Source: an uncultured Kiritimatiellota bacterium (GTDB lineage Bacteria > Verrucomicrobiota > Kiritimatiellia > RFP12 > DVOR01). From it: DNA of 64,000 nt. Position 1 is the first letter of the stretch; each line of letters opens with the position of its first letter. A program made the position numbers and the translations under genes. The notes below the pieces were generated by a model. It saw only the letters and a program-made list of their open reading frames with translations. It was not told where the DNA came from and did not search any database. The stretch is from the NCBI GenBank assembly GCA_944389545.1, contig CALXMT010000001.1, positions 138,682-202,681 on the forward strand. The letters are read 5' to 3'. Positions 27,275 to 37,478 of the stretch are shown here, in pieces.

Positions 27275-28663
27275 TCAGAACTTGTAGGTGAGCTCCATGC
27301 GGCCGAAGAGGGCGTCGTCGTCCTCGCCGTCGTTGAAGTAGTCACCCTTGGACATATACTCACCCTGGAAGGCCATGCCCAGGCCCTTCAGCCACGGGGA
27401 GTCGATCATCTTGCCGATGGCGATGGAGTACTTCACCTGCGCGTAATAGCCGCGGAAGGTGCCATAATCCTCGGTGGCGCTGGCCTTCTCAGTCGTGGGC
27501 GCGAACATGGGGCCGGTCTGGAAGGAGAGCTTCTGGTTCTCCGCAGGCACCAGGTCGAGCTTGATGTGCGGATAGAGGAAGTTGTTGTAGGCGTACTTCG
27601 GGAACATGGGGGCAACGGTCTCGCCCACGCCGGTCTCACGGTTGAAGACGGGGTGCCACGCGTTGTCGCCGGCCCAGCCATCCTCATCGCCGCTCATGTA
27701 CTGCACGGCGGCGGTGAACTTCGGCTGCCAAGCCCAGTCCTTGCGGGAGTAGGTCAGGCCGCCGTAGGCCATCATCGCCAGGTGGCTGTCATCGCCGAAC
27801 TGGACGGCCAGCTCAGCCTCACCGCTCAGGTTCTTGGTGAACTTGGGCAGCAGGCGGACGCCGAAGGTGTGCGTCGTGAAGCTGTCGTCGTTGTTGCCCT
27901 GGAGCGCGTTCCAGTCACTGATGAAGGAGCCGTGGTCGTAGTCATACGCGGCCTCTTCGACCTTGAAGACGTAGTAGGCGTCCCAGCCGAAGTCACCGTT
28001 GGAGCGATCCTGGTAGTACAAGCCCGCGCCGTACTCATCCTGGTCGTAGCCGGAGGTCTCGTAGTCGTAGGACTTGTTGTGCTTGCTCTTCGCGTCGTGC
28101 GTGTGGCCGAGGGTCGGCAGCCAATCCTCGTGATCCATGTAGATCGCGAAGGCGTCCAACGTACGCTTGTTGCCGAAGTCGAAGGTCAAGCGGACCGCAT
28201 CGAAGTAGTTGGAGCGAGAGCCGTCACCGCCGGTGCCATCGCTGATGATGCGCTTGCCACCGAAGGCCATCTCCTGACGACCGATCTTCACATCGACGAA
28301 GTCGAAGAGATCGGAGTACTTCAGGTACAAGTTGTCGATGAAGGTGACGTCAGGGAAGCGCTGCTTGCCTTTGTCGCTCTCACGAGAGTTGTAGTAGCGG
28401 AACTCGTTGGCCACGCGGGCGAAGAGTTCCAACTTCTGCACCGTCATCTTGCCCCAGAGGCGGGTGCGGACACGGGCGTAGTCCGTGTGGTTCTTCTCGC
28501 CGTGCTTTTCATCGGGCAGGTTGTTGGTGAAGTCGTAACGGAGGCGCAAGTCGCCACCGAAATCGAACTCCGCGGAGGATTTGTCTTCCAGCGCGACATT
28601 CTCGGCCGCCATCACCGGCAGCCCGAGCATCAGCGCGAAAGCCATCATCATGCAACGTTTCAT
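27275..28663 (-). CDS. Outer-membrane beta-barrel porin (probably phosphate-starvation-associated; C-terminal 'YKF')
   Basis: Signal peptide 'MKRCMMMAFALMLGLPVMAAE', alternating amphipathic strands, terminal aromatic residue. Sits directly upstream of pstS in the same orientation. Confidence 0.6.
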   Translation of the reverse strand: MKRCMMMAFALMLGLPVMAAENVALEDKSSAEFDFGGDLRLRYDFTNNLPDEKHGEKNHTDYARVRTRLWGKMTVQKLELFARVANEFRYYNSRESDKGKQRFPDVTFIDNLYLKYSDLFDFVDVKIGRQEMAFGGKRIISDGTGGDGSRSNYFDAVRLTFDFGNKRTLDAFAIYMDHEDWLPTLGHTHDAKSKHNKSYDYETSGYDQDEYGAGLYYQDRSNGDFGWDAYYVFKVEEAAYDYDHGSFISDWNALQGNNDDSFTTHTFGVRLLPKFTKNLSGEAELAVQFGDDSHLAMMAYGGLTYSRKDWAWQPKFTAAVQYMSGDEDGWAGDNAWHPVFNRETGVGETVAPMFPKYAYNNFLYPHIKLDLVPAENQKLSFQTGPMFAPTTEKASATEDYGTFRGYYAQVKYSIAIGKMIDSPWLKGLGMAFQGEYMSKGDYFNDGEDDDALFGRMELTYKF

Positions 28664-28790
28664 TCGTTTCTCCCTATTGGGGTTCCTTGAAAACGCCGCA
28701 TAGTATCCCATCACAACGTTAGTCAACTATCGCCGCGATGTTAGAATCTCGTTTGGGCGACCTTCTTAAATGAAGCCCAAGAAACGGACG

Positions 28791-29780
28791 TCAGCGGTTG
28801 CGCAAGGCGGGGTCGAAGACGTCGCGCAAATCATCGGCCAAACGGTTGAAGATGAGGACGAGCAGGAAAATGGCCAGCGAGACAAAGGTGAGTTCCCACC
28901 AGATGCCCTGCCACAGACGGGCGCGGGCGTTGTTGATCATGATTCCCCACGACGGCTCGCCCTGGACGCCGATGCCAAGGAAGGAGATGAAGACCTCGGT
29001 GGCGACACTGGCGGGGAAACGGATGGAGAAGGAAATCAGCACGATGTGCATCACGTTGGGCAGAATGTGCCGGAAGAGGATGCGGCCGTGGGAGTAGCCC
29101 AACACGCGCGCGGCCTGGACGTAGGCGCGGTCGCGGTGTTTGATGACCTCGGCGCGGATGTTGCGGCAGACGCTCACCCAGGTGGTGAGGCCGATGCCCA
29201 GATAGATGCCGAAGAGGCCCTTGCCGGCGATGAGGGCGATGGCCAGGATGAAAAGCAGACCCGGCATGGCCGAGACCGTGGCGCAGAGCCACACCACCAG
29301 ACTGTCGATCTTGCCACCGAAGTAACCGCCCAGACATCCCAGCAGGACGCCCAACGGAATGGCGATGAGGGAGGTCATGATGCCGACGTGGAAGGCAATG
29401 CGCGCGCCCTGGATGAGGCGTTGCAGGACGTCGCGCCCCAGATTGTCCGACCCCAGCCAATAGCGGTGCGTCGTCTCGGGCACCGCGGTGCCGTCGGCGA
29501 GGGTGTGGGCGGGCCAGGTGGAGACGCTGAGAGGCGGAAGGTAGCGGCTCTCCATGTGGACCTGATTGTAGGGCGGGACACGTTCGGGGGCCCAGGTGAG
29601 ACAGGCGGGGGCGCCTTCCCACAGCGAGCCTTTATAATAACGGTAGACGCCTTCGCCATAGAGGGCCAACAGCGTGTAGAGGCCGATGGCGATGATGCAG
29701 AGGCGGGTGACGCGGTTGCCCCACAGGCGGGCCCACGCGCCAGGGCCGCGGCGGGCGGAGGTTTCGGCGGCGGCGTTCAT
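28791..29780 (-). CDS. ABC transporter permease, DppC/OppC family
   Basis: Six TM segments with permease loop '...AARVLGYSHGRILFRHILPN...'. Confidence 0.75.
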   Translation of the reverse strand: MNAAAETSARRGPGAWARLWGNRVTRLCIIAIGLYTLLALYGEGVYRYYKGSLWEGAPACLTWAPERVPPYNQVHMESRYLPPLSVSTWPAHTLADGTAVPETTHRYWLGSDNLGRDVLQRLIQGARIAFHVGIMTSLIAIPLGVLLGCLGGYFGGKIDSLVVWLCATVSAMPGLLFILAIALIAGKGLFGIYLGIGLTTWVSVCRNIRAEVIKHRDRAYVQAARVLGYSHGRILFRHILPNVMHIVLISFSIRFPASVATEVFISFLGIGVQGEPSWGIMINNARARLWQGIWWELTFVSLAIFLLVLIFNRLADDLRDVFDPALRNR

Positions 29781-30952
29781 TGCGCAACCCTCACGCGGGG
29801 GTCAAGCCAGCCATAGGCGATGTCCGTGAGCAGGTTGACCAATTGATAGATGAGCGCGCCAAAGATGACCACGGCGCGGACGACGGACATATCGGCGGAG
29901 TTGATGGCGTTGATAGAGACGCTCCCCAGGCCGGGGATGCCGAAGAAACTTTCCAGAAGAAGACTTCCCGTGAAGAGATAGGGAATGGAGAGCGAGACGT
30001 AGGTGACGATGGGGATGAGCGAGTTGCGCAACACGTGGACGAAGAGCGTGCGGCCGCGGCCAAGCCCTTTGGAGACGGCCGTGCGGACGTAGGGGCGGTA
30101 GATTTCGTCGAGGATGGCGGCACGGTAGAACCGCACGTCGCTGCCCAGCGCGCTGATGACGCCGATGAAGACGGGAAGCACCAGATAGTAGGCGCTCTCG
30201 TAACCCCAGATGGGGAAGAGCGGCCACTTGAAGCCCAGGAAGAATTGTCCGAGCAAAATCCAGACCACGTAGTTGATGCTCATGAGGGCCGTGGAGAGCG
30301 CCAGAATGCCGCGGTCGAGCACCCCACCCTGCGACGCCGCGCAGAGCAATCCCAGGATGACGCCGATGACGGAGCCAAAGATGAGGATGGGCACGGAGAG
30401 CGAAAGCGTCGGCCCCAGCCCCTGCAAGAGCACCTCCGTGACGGGCTGTTTGGTCTCGGTGGACATGCCAAGATTGAGGTGGACGAGGTTGTTCAGGTAG
30501 AGGACGAACTGGGAATCAAAGAAGTGGCGCGTGGCGCGGCGAACCTCGGTGACGCCGTCCGCGGAGACCGCGCGCCATCCCTCCGGCACCGTGAGCGCAC
30601 CGTCCGCCCCGACCGCACGCGTCTCCTCGCGGCCCGTGGCCGTCTCGCGGAGCGTGGCCTGCGCCGCGCCGGGCAGTTCGTAGTCGCCCGGGCCAAGGGT
30701 ACAGGCCAGACGCGTGCCGCCGTCCGGCGCCTTCTGCACCGCGTCCATATCGCACCAATTGCCGAAGAAGAGCGGCAAATCATAGCCGTTCTCGGCATTG
30801 AAATTGACAATCGCCTCCTGCGTGGCATGCTGACCCAGCACGGACTGCGCGGGCGAGCCGCCCACCACGTAAAACAACACGAAGGAGAGCAACAACACGC
30901 CGAAGGTGGTCGGAACCATCTCCGCCAATCGTCTAAGCACGTAACGCCACAT
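29777..30952 (-). CDS. ABC transporter permease, DppB/OppB family
   Basis: '...RTAVSKGLGRGRTLFVHVLRNSLIPIVT...' permease signature. Overlaps the dppC-like gene by 4 bp. Confidence 0.75.
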   Translation of the reverse strand: MWRYVLRRLAEMVPTTFGVLLLSFVLFYVVGGSPAQSVLGQHATQEAIVNFNAENGYDLPLFFGNWCDMDAVQKAPDGGTRLACTLGPGDYELPGAAQATLRETATGREETRAVGADGALTVPEGWRAVSADGVTEVRRATRHFFDSQFVLYLNNLVHLNLGMSTETKQPVTEVLLQGLGPTLSLSVPILIFGSVIGVILGLLCAASQGGVLDRGILALSTALMSINYVVWILLGQFFLGFKWPLFPIWGYESAYYLVLPVFIGVISALGSDVRFYRAAILDEIYRPYVRTAVSKGLGRGRTLFVHVLRNSLIPIVTYVSLSIPYLFTGSLLLESFFGIPGLGSVSINAINSADMSVVRAVVIFGALIYQLVNLLTDIAYGWLDPRVRVAQ

Positions 30953-30964
30953 AACCCACACATT

Positions 30965-31500
30965 CTACCACAACCCAGCCCCTCCCGTTAGGCGATACTG
31001 CCTGGGGCAATACTGTCCGGGGGAAAATGGGACCGCAAAGACGCAACTCTTGCAGGAAAGATGGGGCGCTAACGCCGGGCGCACATTCGTGCGCCCTCCC
31101 GCGCCCCACCTTCCTGCGCCAAAAGGACTTCTTAAGACGGCCCAAGCGCGAAGACGATGGGCGGGAGGGAGCAATCAGCGGGCGTTTAGCCCGCAAAACA
31201 ACCGGCGTTAGCCCATCTGGCTTCGCGCGTATTGGCGTCTTTGCGGGAAAATTTGGAGACCAGAGAACCGCAGATTTCTCACATTTTGGACAGATTAAGG
31301 GCGTGCTGGCGCACGCCAATTGATTGTACAGCCGCCCTGCAGGGGGCACTCTTGAATCTCCTGTGATGCCTTTGAGGTCTTCCAAGAAACGACAGAAACG
31401 CAAGGGATGGGGATAGGGAGTGAGGCGCAACGCGCCGAACGGCGAAGTGCCCAGGCCCTTGCGTTCCCTTCGTGTCTTCGTGGAGGACTCAACGGGCACG
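30965..31500. repeat. Composite intergenic repeat array (families I-variant, H, B) in the divergent region between the dppB-like gene and the nitrite/sulfite reductase gene
   Basis: 31050-31110 is the reverse complement of 20110-20190. 31290-31330 is family H ('cagattaagggcgtgctggcgcacgcc'). 31355-31480 is family B. Confidence 0.75.
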
Positions 31501-31560
31501 GCAAAGCGGGGCGGGCGCTTTTGGTATACTATGGGGTGAATTCTTTTTGAGGAGACCTCC

Positions 31561-33066
31561 ATGGGATACCACGACGAATTGATCGGCGCTTGGGCCGACT
31601 TCAACGACAAGAAAATCACGCCGCTCCAACTGAAGGCCGTCTCTTCCAACTTTGGCATCTATCAGCAAAAGGATGACGCAGTGATGATGCGTATCCGCCG
31701 GACGGGCGGCATCATCACCCTGGCCGACCTGGAGACCATCGCCGGACTCCTCGCGAAATATCACGTGCCCTACGCGCACATCACCACGCGCCAGGCCATC
31801 CAACTGCACGGTGTGGCCCCCACCGACGTCGAACCCTGCCTGGCGGACTGCGAGGCGGCGGGCTTGCGTTTCCGGGGCGGCGGCGGCAACACCTTCCGCA
31901 ACGTCTTGGTGAACCCCAACAGCGGTCTGCACGCGGACACGGCCTTTGACGTGCTCCCCTACGCCCGCGCCTTGGCGGACGCCTTTTATACCTTTGACAC
32001 GGCCTACGCCCTGCCGCGCAAGATCAAGATCGCCTTCGCCGACCGCGCGGACGACCGGATGCTCTGCGCCATCCAGGACCTCGGCTTCGTCGCAGTGATG
32101 AAGGACGGCAAGCGTTGCTTCGAGACCTGGCTGGCCGGCGGCATCGGCAACAAGCCCCGCGTGGCTTTCAAGCTCTTCGATGCGCTCCCGGCGGAGGAGT
32201 GCATCCGCGTGGCGATGGCCGTCACCGACCTCTTCCACGACCACGGCGACCGCGCCTGCCGCGCCACCGCACGCCTCCGTTTCCTCCGCGCCAAACTCGG
32301 CGAGGAGGGGCTGACCAATCTCTTCAAGGAATACTACGCCAAGGCGGACGAGCGCGGTTATCCCAAGTGCGCCGAGGCCGACCTGAAGCCCGAGACCTAC
32401 CCGCTGACCACCCTGCCCGAGGGTGTGCCCGCCGCGGAAGGGTTCGAGAACTGGAAGGCCGTTGCCTGCGAGCCGCTCGCCGACGGCACCTTCGCCGTGC
32501 GCCTCTTTGTGCCCTTCGGCAACTTCACCCAGCCGATGCTCGTGCGCTTCTGCGACTTCCTCCGCCGCTTCGGCCTCACCCGCCTGCAACTGCTCGTCTC
32601 GCAGGACTTCGTTGTCCCGCGCATCCACAAGCAGTGCCTCACCGCGCTCTACGACGCGCTCCTGCGGGAGTTCCCCGACTTCGACCTCACGTTGCGTTCC
32701 TACGTCGGCCATATCCCCACCTGCATCGGCAACACCGTCTGCAAGATCGGCGCGGCCGACTCCCCGCGCATCGGCGAGCGTCTGGCCCGCGCCCTCGACG
32801 CTTGGCTCCCCGCCGACACCCCGGAGCGCCAGGCCCTCGCCCGCATCGTCACCTCCGAGGTCCGCATCAGCGGTTGCCCCAACAGCTGTACCGCCCACCC
32901 CGCCGCGAAGTTCGGCTTCCAGTGCCGCAAGCTCGGCGGGCAGGACGTCCTGGTCCCCTTCTCCCCCGCCAAACATGAACCGCCGACCCTCGGTGAGCCT
33001 CTGGCCACCCCCATCGCCATCGAGGACCTCCCCCACTGTCTGCTCGCCAATCTGGGCCTCCTCTGA
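31561..33066 (+). CDS. Ferredoxin-dependent nitrite/sulfite reductase hemoprotein (siroheme-[4Fe-4S])
   Basis: Cys motifs 'PTCIGNTVCK' and 'SGCPNSCTAH' typical of the siroheme-FeS cluster-binding NiR/SiR family. RBS 'ggagacctcc' before the ATG. Confidence 0.7.
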   Translation: MGYHDELIGAWADFNDKKITPLQLKAVSSNFGIYQQKDDAVMMRIRRTGGIITLADLETIAGLLAKYHVPYAHITTRQAIQLHGVAPTDVEPCLADCEAAGLRFRGGGGNTFRNVLVNPNSGLHADTAFDVLPYARALADAFYTFDTAYALPRKIKIAFADRADDRMLCAIQDLGFVAVMKDGKRCFETWLAGGIGNKPRVAFKLFDALPAEECIRVAMAVTDLFHDHGDRACRATARLRFLRAKLGEEGLTNLFKEYYAKADERGYPKCAEADLKPETYPLTTLPEGVPAAEGFENWKAVACEPLADGTFAVRLFVPFGNFTQPMLVRFCDFLRRFGLTRLQLLVSQDFVVPRIHKQCLTALYDALLREFPDFDLTLRSYVGHIPTCIGNTVCKIGAADSPRIGERLARALDAWLPADTPERQALARIVTSEVRISGCPNSCTAHPAAKFGFQCRKLGGQDVLVPFSPAKHEPPTLGEPLATPIAIEDLPHCLLANLGLL

Positions 33067-33094
33067 GGCCCCAATGATGTTCGAGGAAACAGCG

Positions 33095-33300
33095 ATGGAC
33101 CGCAAAGACGCAAGGGGCAGCGCGAAACGCCTCGGGCTCCATCGGTCGCTTTGCGGCTCCGCCGCTGACCGCGACCGCCGCCCTCCGTTTCGCGCCTGGT
33201 CGTTTCCTCGGGAACTCCTCCCGTCGCCCCGTAGGGGCGCTCTGTTTTCCGTGGCCGTGGAAGGTTTGGCCCTCCGGGCCTGCACGCTCCGTTTTCCGTT
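33095..33300. repeat. Repeat family A (rc) plus F-like segment
   Basis: 33098-33200 matches family A. 33228-33300 resembles 'ccgtggaaggtttg.c..tc.cgcctgcacg'. Confidence 0.7.
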
Positions 33301-33385
33301 CTCCGGGGCGGTGCAAGCCGCCCCTTGTGCAGACATCGGCGAAATGTGTTATCCTTAAAGAAAAGGTAACGAAGGGAACCCTATC

Positions 33386-34321
33386 ATGGCCGAAGCGAAT
33401 GCGATTTACCTCAGCTCCTTCTTCTCCGAGGGCGACATCCTCATCGAGCAGACGGTGCCGTCCTTTTACAACATGATCCACGCGCTCACCGGGCGGATCG
33501 TGACCAACCACCTGCCCGGTGTCAAAGCCGAGCCCATCATTGACGCCGTCCTCCGCCGCGAGCGCGTCTCCCCGACCGTCGTCGGCGATGGCGTCGCCAT
33601 GCCGCACGCCCGCATCGAGGGCATCGATCGCCCCTACCTCGCCCTGGGCGTCTACCCCGCCGGCATCCCCTCCGCAGAAACCGACAAGCCTGTCCGCCTC
33701 GTCTTCCTCCTGCTCGTCCCCGAGCACCAGCCCGCGCGTTACCTGCAGATTCTCCGCGCCCTCGCCAATCTCCTGCGCGAGCCCGGCGCCGCGGACCGTC
33801 TGGCCGCCATGACCGACCCGGAAGAGATCATCCGCTTCCTCCGCCGCAGCGAGATGAAGCTCCCCGAATACATCTGCGCCGGCGACCTCATGACGCCCAA
33901 CCCGGACTCCCTCTCCGCCAACGCCCCTCTCGGCGGCGCCCTCGACAGCATCATGACCGGCGACAAGGTGGAGATCCCCATTGTGGACGACGAGGGCCGC
34001 CTGGTCGGCGCCGTTGACACGCACGCCCTCCTCGGGTGCTTCATCCCCAAGGGCCTGCGCAAGCTCTTCCCCGGCGCCAAGAGCGACTTGGACTCCAACA
34101 TGGAGGCCCTGGCCAACCGCATGCGCGAGGCTCACCGCATCCGCGTCCGCGATGCCATGAACACCGACGTCTCCACCTGCCGCATCGACACCCCTGCCCG
34201 CGAGATCGCCGCTGACCTGGCCGAGCGCAACGCCGTCAAGACCTACGTCCTGGACAAGGATGGGCACCTCATCGGCGTCATCCCCCTCGCCCAATTCTTC
34301 CGCCGCATCCTCCGCGACTGA
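33386..34321 (+). CDS. PTS EIIA(Ntr/fructose-type) domain protein fused to tandem CBS domains
   Basis: 'GDGVAMPHARIEGI' phospho-His region of a type-2 EIIA. The C-terminal half has two CBS-like repeats ('DLMTPNPDSLSANAPL...IPIVDDEGRLVGAV', 'VRDAMNTDVSTCRID...YVLDKDGHLIGVI'). Confidence 0.7.
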   Translation: MAEANAIYLSSFFSEGDILIEQTVPSFYNMIHALTGRIVTNHLPGVKAEPIIDAVLRRERVSPTVVGDGVAMPHARIEGIDRPYLALGVYPAGIPSAETDKPVRLVFLLLVPEHQPARYLQILRALANLLREPGAADRLAAMTDPEEIIRFLRRSEMKLPEYICAGDLMTPNPDSLSANAPLGGALDSIMTGDKVEIPIVDDEGRLVGAVDTHALLGCFIPKGLRKLFPGAKSDLDSNMEALANRMREAHRIRVRDAMNTDVSTCRIDTPAREIAADLAERNAVKTYVLDKDGHLIGVIPLAQFFRRILRD

Positions 34322-34333
34322 TCCAGGGCAGCC

Positions 34334-35857
34334 ATGCGCCGCCTGCCACGTTCCATTCCCACTGCCGACCTTCTCCGCGGAGGTCGGCAGTCGTGGCGTT
34401 GGTTGCGTTTTTGGGTTCCCGCCGAGGGCGAGACCCTGCGCATGGGGCGGATTGTCGGCATCGCCGCCGCCGTCGGCCTCCTCGCCGGACTCCTGGCCAT
34501 CTGCTTCTTCTCCGCCATCGAATACGTCCGCGTCTTCGCGCTCGAAACCCTCATTCAGACGAACCTTCCCCTCGCAGACGGCGAAGTCCCCCTCGCACAC
34601 CCGGTCAAACTGCCCATCCCGCCCTTTCTCTCCGCCCTCGCCACCCTGCTCCTCCCGGCCGTGGGCGCCCTCCTCGCCTGCCTCATCGCGCGGCGCTTCG
34701 CGCCCTCCGCAGGCGGCCACGGCACCGACGCCGTCATCGCGGCCTACCATCGCTCCGATGTCGATATCCCCGTGGCCGTCGCCCCCGTCAAGATTGTCGC
34801 CTCCTCCCTCGTCATCGGCACAGGCGGCTCCGCCGGCGCCGAGGGCCCCATCACGCAGATCGGCGCCACCTGCGGCGCCTTGGTCGGTCGCGTCCTCCAC
34901 CTCTCGGTCTACGAACGCCGCGTGCTCCTGGCCGCCGGCATGGCCGCGGGCATCGGCGCCATCTTCCGCGCCCCCATGGCCGGCGCACTCTTCGCCGCAG
35001 AGATTCTCTATCGTGGCTTCGACCTGGAAGGCGATGTCCTCATCCCCTCCATGGTCGCCTCCACCATCGCCTACATGACCTACGCCTGCGTCTTCGGCTG
35101 GGACCCCGTCTTCTTGACCCCCGGCGAGACCTTCGCCTCCCCCACCAAATTCCTGCTCTACGCGCTTCTGGCCTTCCTCGTCGCCGCCGCCGTCCGCTTC
35201 AACATCCTCTTCTTCCGCCAGACCGAGATTGTCTTCCGCCGCCTCCGTCTGCCCCCCTGGGCCAAACCGGCCATCGGCGGCCTCCTCGTCGGCGCCATTG
35301 CCCTTGCCTTCCCCCAAATCCTCTCCACCGGCTACGGCACCATCCAGCAGACCCTCCACACCAACGACCGCGTGCTCGCCGACTTCGGCACCCACGCCGC
35401 CGGCCTGCTCTTGGCCCTTGGCGCCGTCAAGGCCATCGCCACCAGCTTCACCGTCGGCAGCGGCGGCGCCGGCGGCATGCTCGGCCCCGCGCTCTTCAGC
35501 GGCGCCGCCTACGGTGCGGGCGCGGGCGCCCTCTTCGCCACCCTCTTCCCCGGACTCGGCGTCTCCCTGGCCAACTGCGCCATGCTCGGCATGGCGGCCT
35601 ATCTCACCGCCGCCGTCCGCACCCCCCTCGCCGCCATCCTCATGGTCAGCGAGTTCACCGGCAACCACAACCTTCTCCTCCCCTCCATGTGGGTCTGCGG
35701 CCTCGCCTTCCTCCTCACCCCAGGTTGGACCCTCTACAAATCCCAGCTCCGCGACCGCGACTCCTCCCCCGCGCACCTCCGCCGCCACGTCGGCCTCCGC
35801 CACGACGTCTCCGTCCGCGTCAAACGCAAGCCCCGCAACAAAAAGAAGCGCCGCTGA
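34334..35857 (+). CDS. ClC-family chloride channel / H+-Cl- exchanger
   Basis: 'GSGGSAGAEGPITQIGA' and 'GSGGAGGMLGPALFSGAA' ClC selectivity motifs. A start at 34442 (MGRIVG) is an alternative. Confidence 0.8.
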   Translation: MRRLPRSIPTADLLRGGRQSWRWLRFWVPAEGETLRMGRIVGIAAAVGLLAGLLAICFFSAIEYVRVFALETLIQTNLPLADGEVPLAHPVKLPIPPFLSALATLLLPAVGALLACLIARRFAPSAGGHGTDAVIAAYHRSDVDIPVAVAPVKIVASSLVIGTGGSAGAEGPITQIGATCGALVGRVLHLSVYERRVLLAAGMAAGIGAIFRAPMAGALFAAEILYRGFDLEGDVLIPSMVASTIAYMTYACVFGWDPVFLTPGETFASPTKFLLYALLAFLVAAAVRFNILFFRQTEIVFRRLRLPPWAKPAIGGLLVGAIALAFPQILSTGYGTIQQTLHTNDRVLADFGTHAAGLLLALGAVKAIATSFTVGSGGAGGMLGPALFSGAAYGAGAGALFATLFPGLGVSLANCAMLGMAAYLTAAVRTPLAAILMVSEFTGNHNLLLPSMWVCGLAFLLTPGWTLYKSQLRDRDSSPAHLRRHVGLRHDVSVRVKRKPRNKKKRR

Positions 35858-35879
35858 CCGCGCGAGGGGCGGGCACAGT

Positions 35880-36190
35880 TAAATTCCAAGTTGGGCGTTT
35901 GGGAGAGGGGCGGCTTGAAGGTTTGCCCCCTGGTTTCACCCGTCGCCCCGCAGGGGCGTTCTGTTCTCCGTTCTCTGTTCTCCGTTCTCTGGGGGTGCGT
36001 CAGCACCCCTTGTTCTGCGTGCGCTAGTACGCCCTTAATCTGTTCCCAATCTGCGCAATCTGCTGTTCCCACCCGGGCAGTCTTTGCGGGTGCCGCGCAG
36101 CGTCCGGCCTCATCGCCGCCAAAGGCGGCGGCCCGGGCTCCAACCTCCGTGGCTCCTCCAAGCCTCCAAACTTCCAATCTTCCAAGATAA
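35880..36190. repeat. Composite repeats (families D, H, 'ccaagcctccaaacttcc')
   Basis: 35930-35990 contains the (gttctccgt)n microsatellite. 36015-36065 is family H. Confidence 0.7.
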
Positions 36191-36272
36191 AACGCGCAGG
36201 GGCTTTTTTGGTATCATTGTTTGGTTTTCGGCGCAGTGGCGTTTGCCTGCGCCCTTGAAAGAGAGGATAAGA

Positions 36273-37445
36273 ATGAAAGCGTTGAACTCCATCGTCACGG
36301 CTATTCCCCCGTCTGCCACCTTGGCCATCTCGAGCAAGGCTGCGGAGCTGAAGGCCAAGGGCGAAAAGATTTGCGCCTTTGCGGCCGGTGAGCCTGACTT
36401 CGACACGCCCGACTGCATCAAGCGCGCCTGCGCCGCGGCGTTGGAGGCGAACAAGACGCGTTATGTGGCAGCGGCCGGTTTGCCCGCCCTCCGCGAGGCC
36501 CTCTGCGAGAAGCTTGCGACGGCGAACAAAATCTCCTACGAGCCGAGCCAGGTGATCGTGGCGAACGGCGGCAAGCACGCCCTCTCGCAGGTCTTCCTGA
36601 CGATGTTGCAGCCCGGCGACGAGGTCATCATCCCCGCGCCCTACTGGCTCTCCTATCCCGAAATGGTGCGCGTGGCCGGCGGCACGCCGGTCTTCGTGGA
36701 GACGCACGTGGAGGACCACTTCCTGATGACGCCCGAGCAGTTCGAGGCCGCCATCACGCCGCGCACCAAGGCCGTCGTCATCTGCTCGCCCTCGAACCCC
36801 ACGGGCATGATGTACACCCCTGACCAGCTCCGCGCCATCGGCGAAGTCGCCATCAAGCATGACCTCTGGGTGGTCTCCGACGAAATCTACGAGCGCATGG
36901 CTTACGGCGAGGTGGAGCAGGCCTCGATGGCCTCCTTCGGACCGGAATTCTACGACCACACCGTCACCGTCAACGGCTTCTCCAAGACCTACGCGATGAC
37001 CGGCTGGCGCCTGGGCTACGCCGCCGCGCCCAAACCCTTCGCCAAGGCCCTCAGCTCCCTGCAGAGCCACATGGCCAGCGCCCCGAATACCTTCGCCCAG
37101 TGGGGCGCCCTCGCCGCCCTCAAGGAAGGCGAGCCCGAGGTGCAGAAGATGGTCGCCGCCTTCAAGACGCGCCGTGACCGCATCCACGCGCTCATCTCGG
37201 CCATCCCGGGCGTCAAGTGCCCCAAGCCGCAGGGTGCCTTCTACGTCTTCCCGAACATCGCGGAATACGGCATGGGCTCGCTGGAGTTCGCCCAGCGCCT
37301 GCTCGAGGCCAAGCACGTGGCCGTCGTCCCCGGCATCGCCTTCGGCAACGACCGTTGCGTCCGCCTGAGCTACGCCTGCTCGATGGAGAACATCGAGGAA
37401 GGCGTCGGTCGCATGGCCGAGTTCTGCGCCGAACTTCGCAAGTAA
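36273..37445 (+). CDS. aspC: Aspartate/aromatic aminotransferase (class I PLP)
   Basis: '...NGFSKTYAMTGWRLGY...' PLP-lysine region. RBS 'gagagg' before ATG 36273. Confidence 0.8.
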   Translation: MKALNSIVTAIPPSATLAISSKAAELKAKGEKICAFAAGEPDFDTPDCIKRACAAALEANKTRYVAAAGLPALREALCEKLATANKISYEPSQVIVANGGKHALSQVFLTMLQPGDEVIIPAPYWLSYPEMVRVAGGTPVFVETHVEDHFLMTPEQFEAAITPRTKAVVICSPSNPTGMMYTPDQLRAIGEVAIKHDLWVVSDEIYERMAYGEVEQASMASFGPEFYDHTVTVNGFSKTYAMTGWRLGYAAAPKPFAKALSSLQSHMASAPNTFAQWGALAALKEGEPEVQKMVAAFKTRRDRIHALISAIPGVKCPKPQGAFYVFPNIAEYGMGSLEFAQRLLEAKHVAVVPGIAFGNDRCVRLSYACSMENIEEGVGRMAEFCAELRK

Positions 37446-37478
37446 GCCGCCGCCCACGCGGCCCATCCCTAGGAAACG

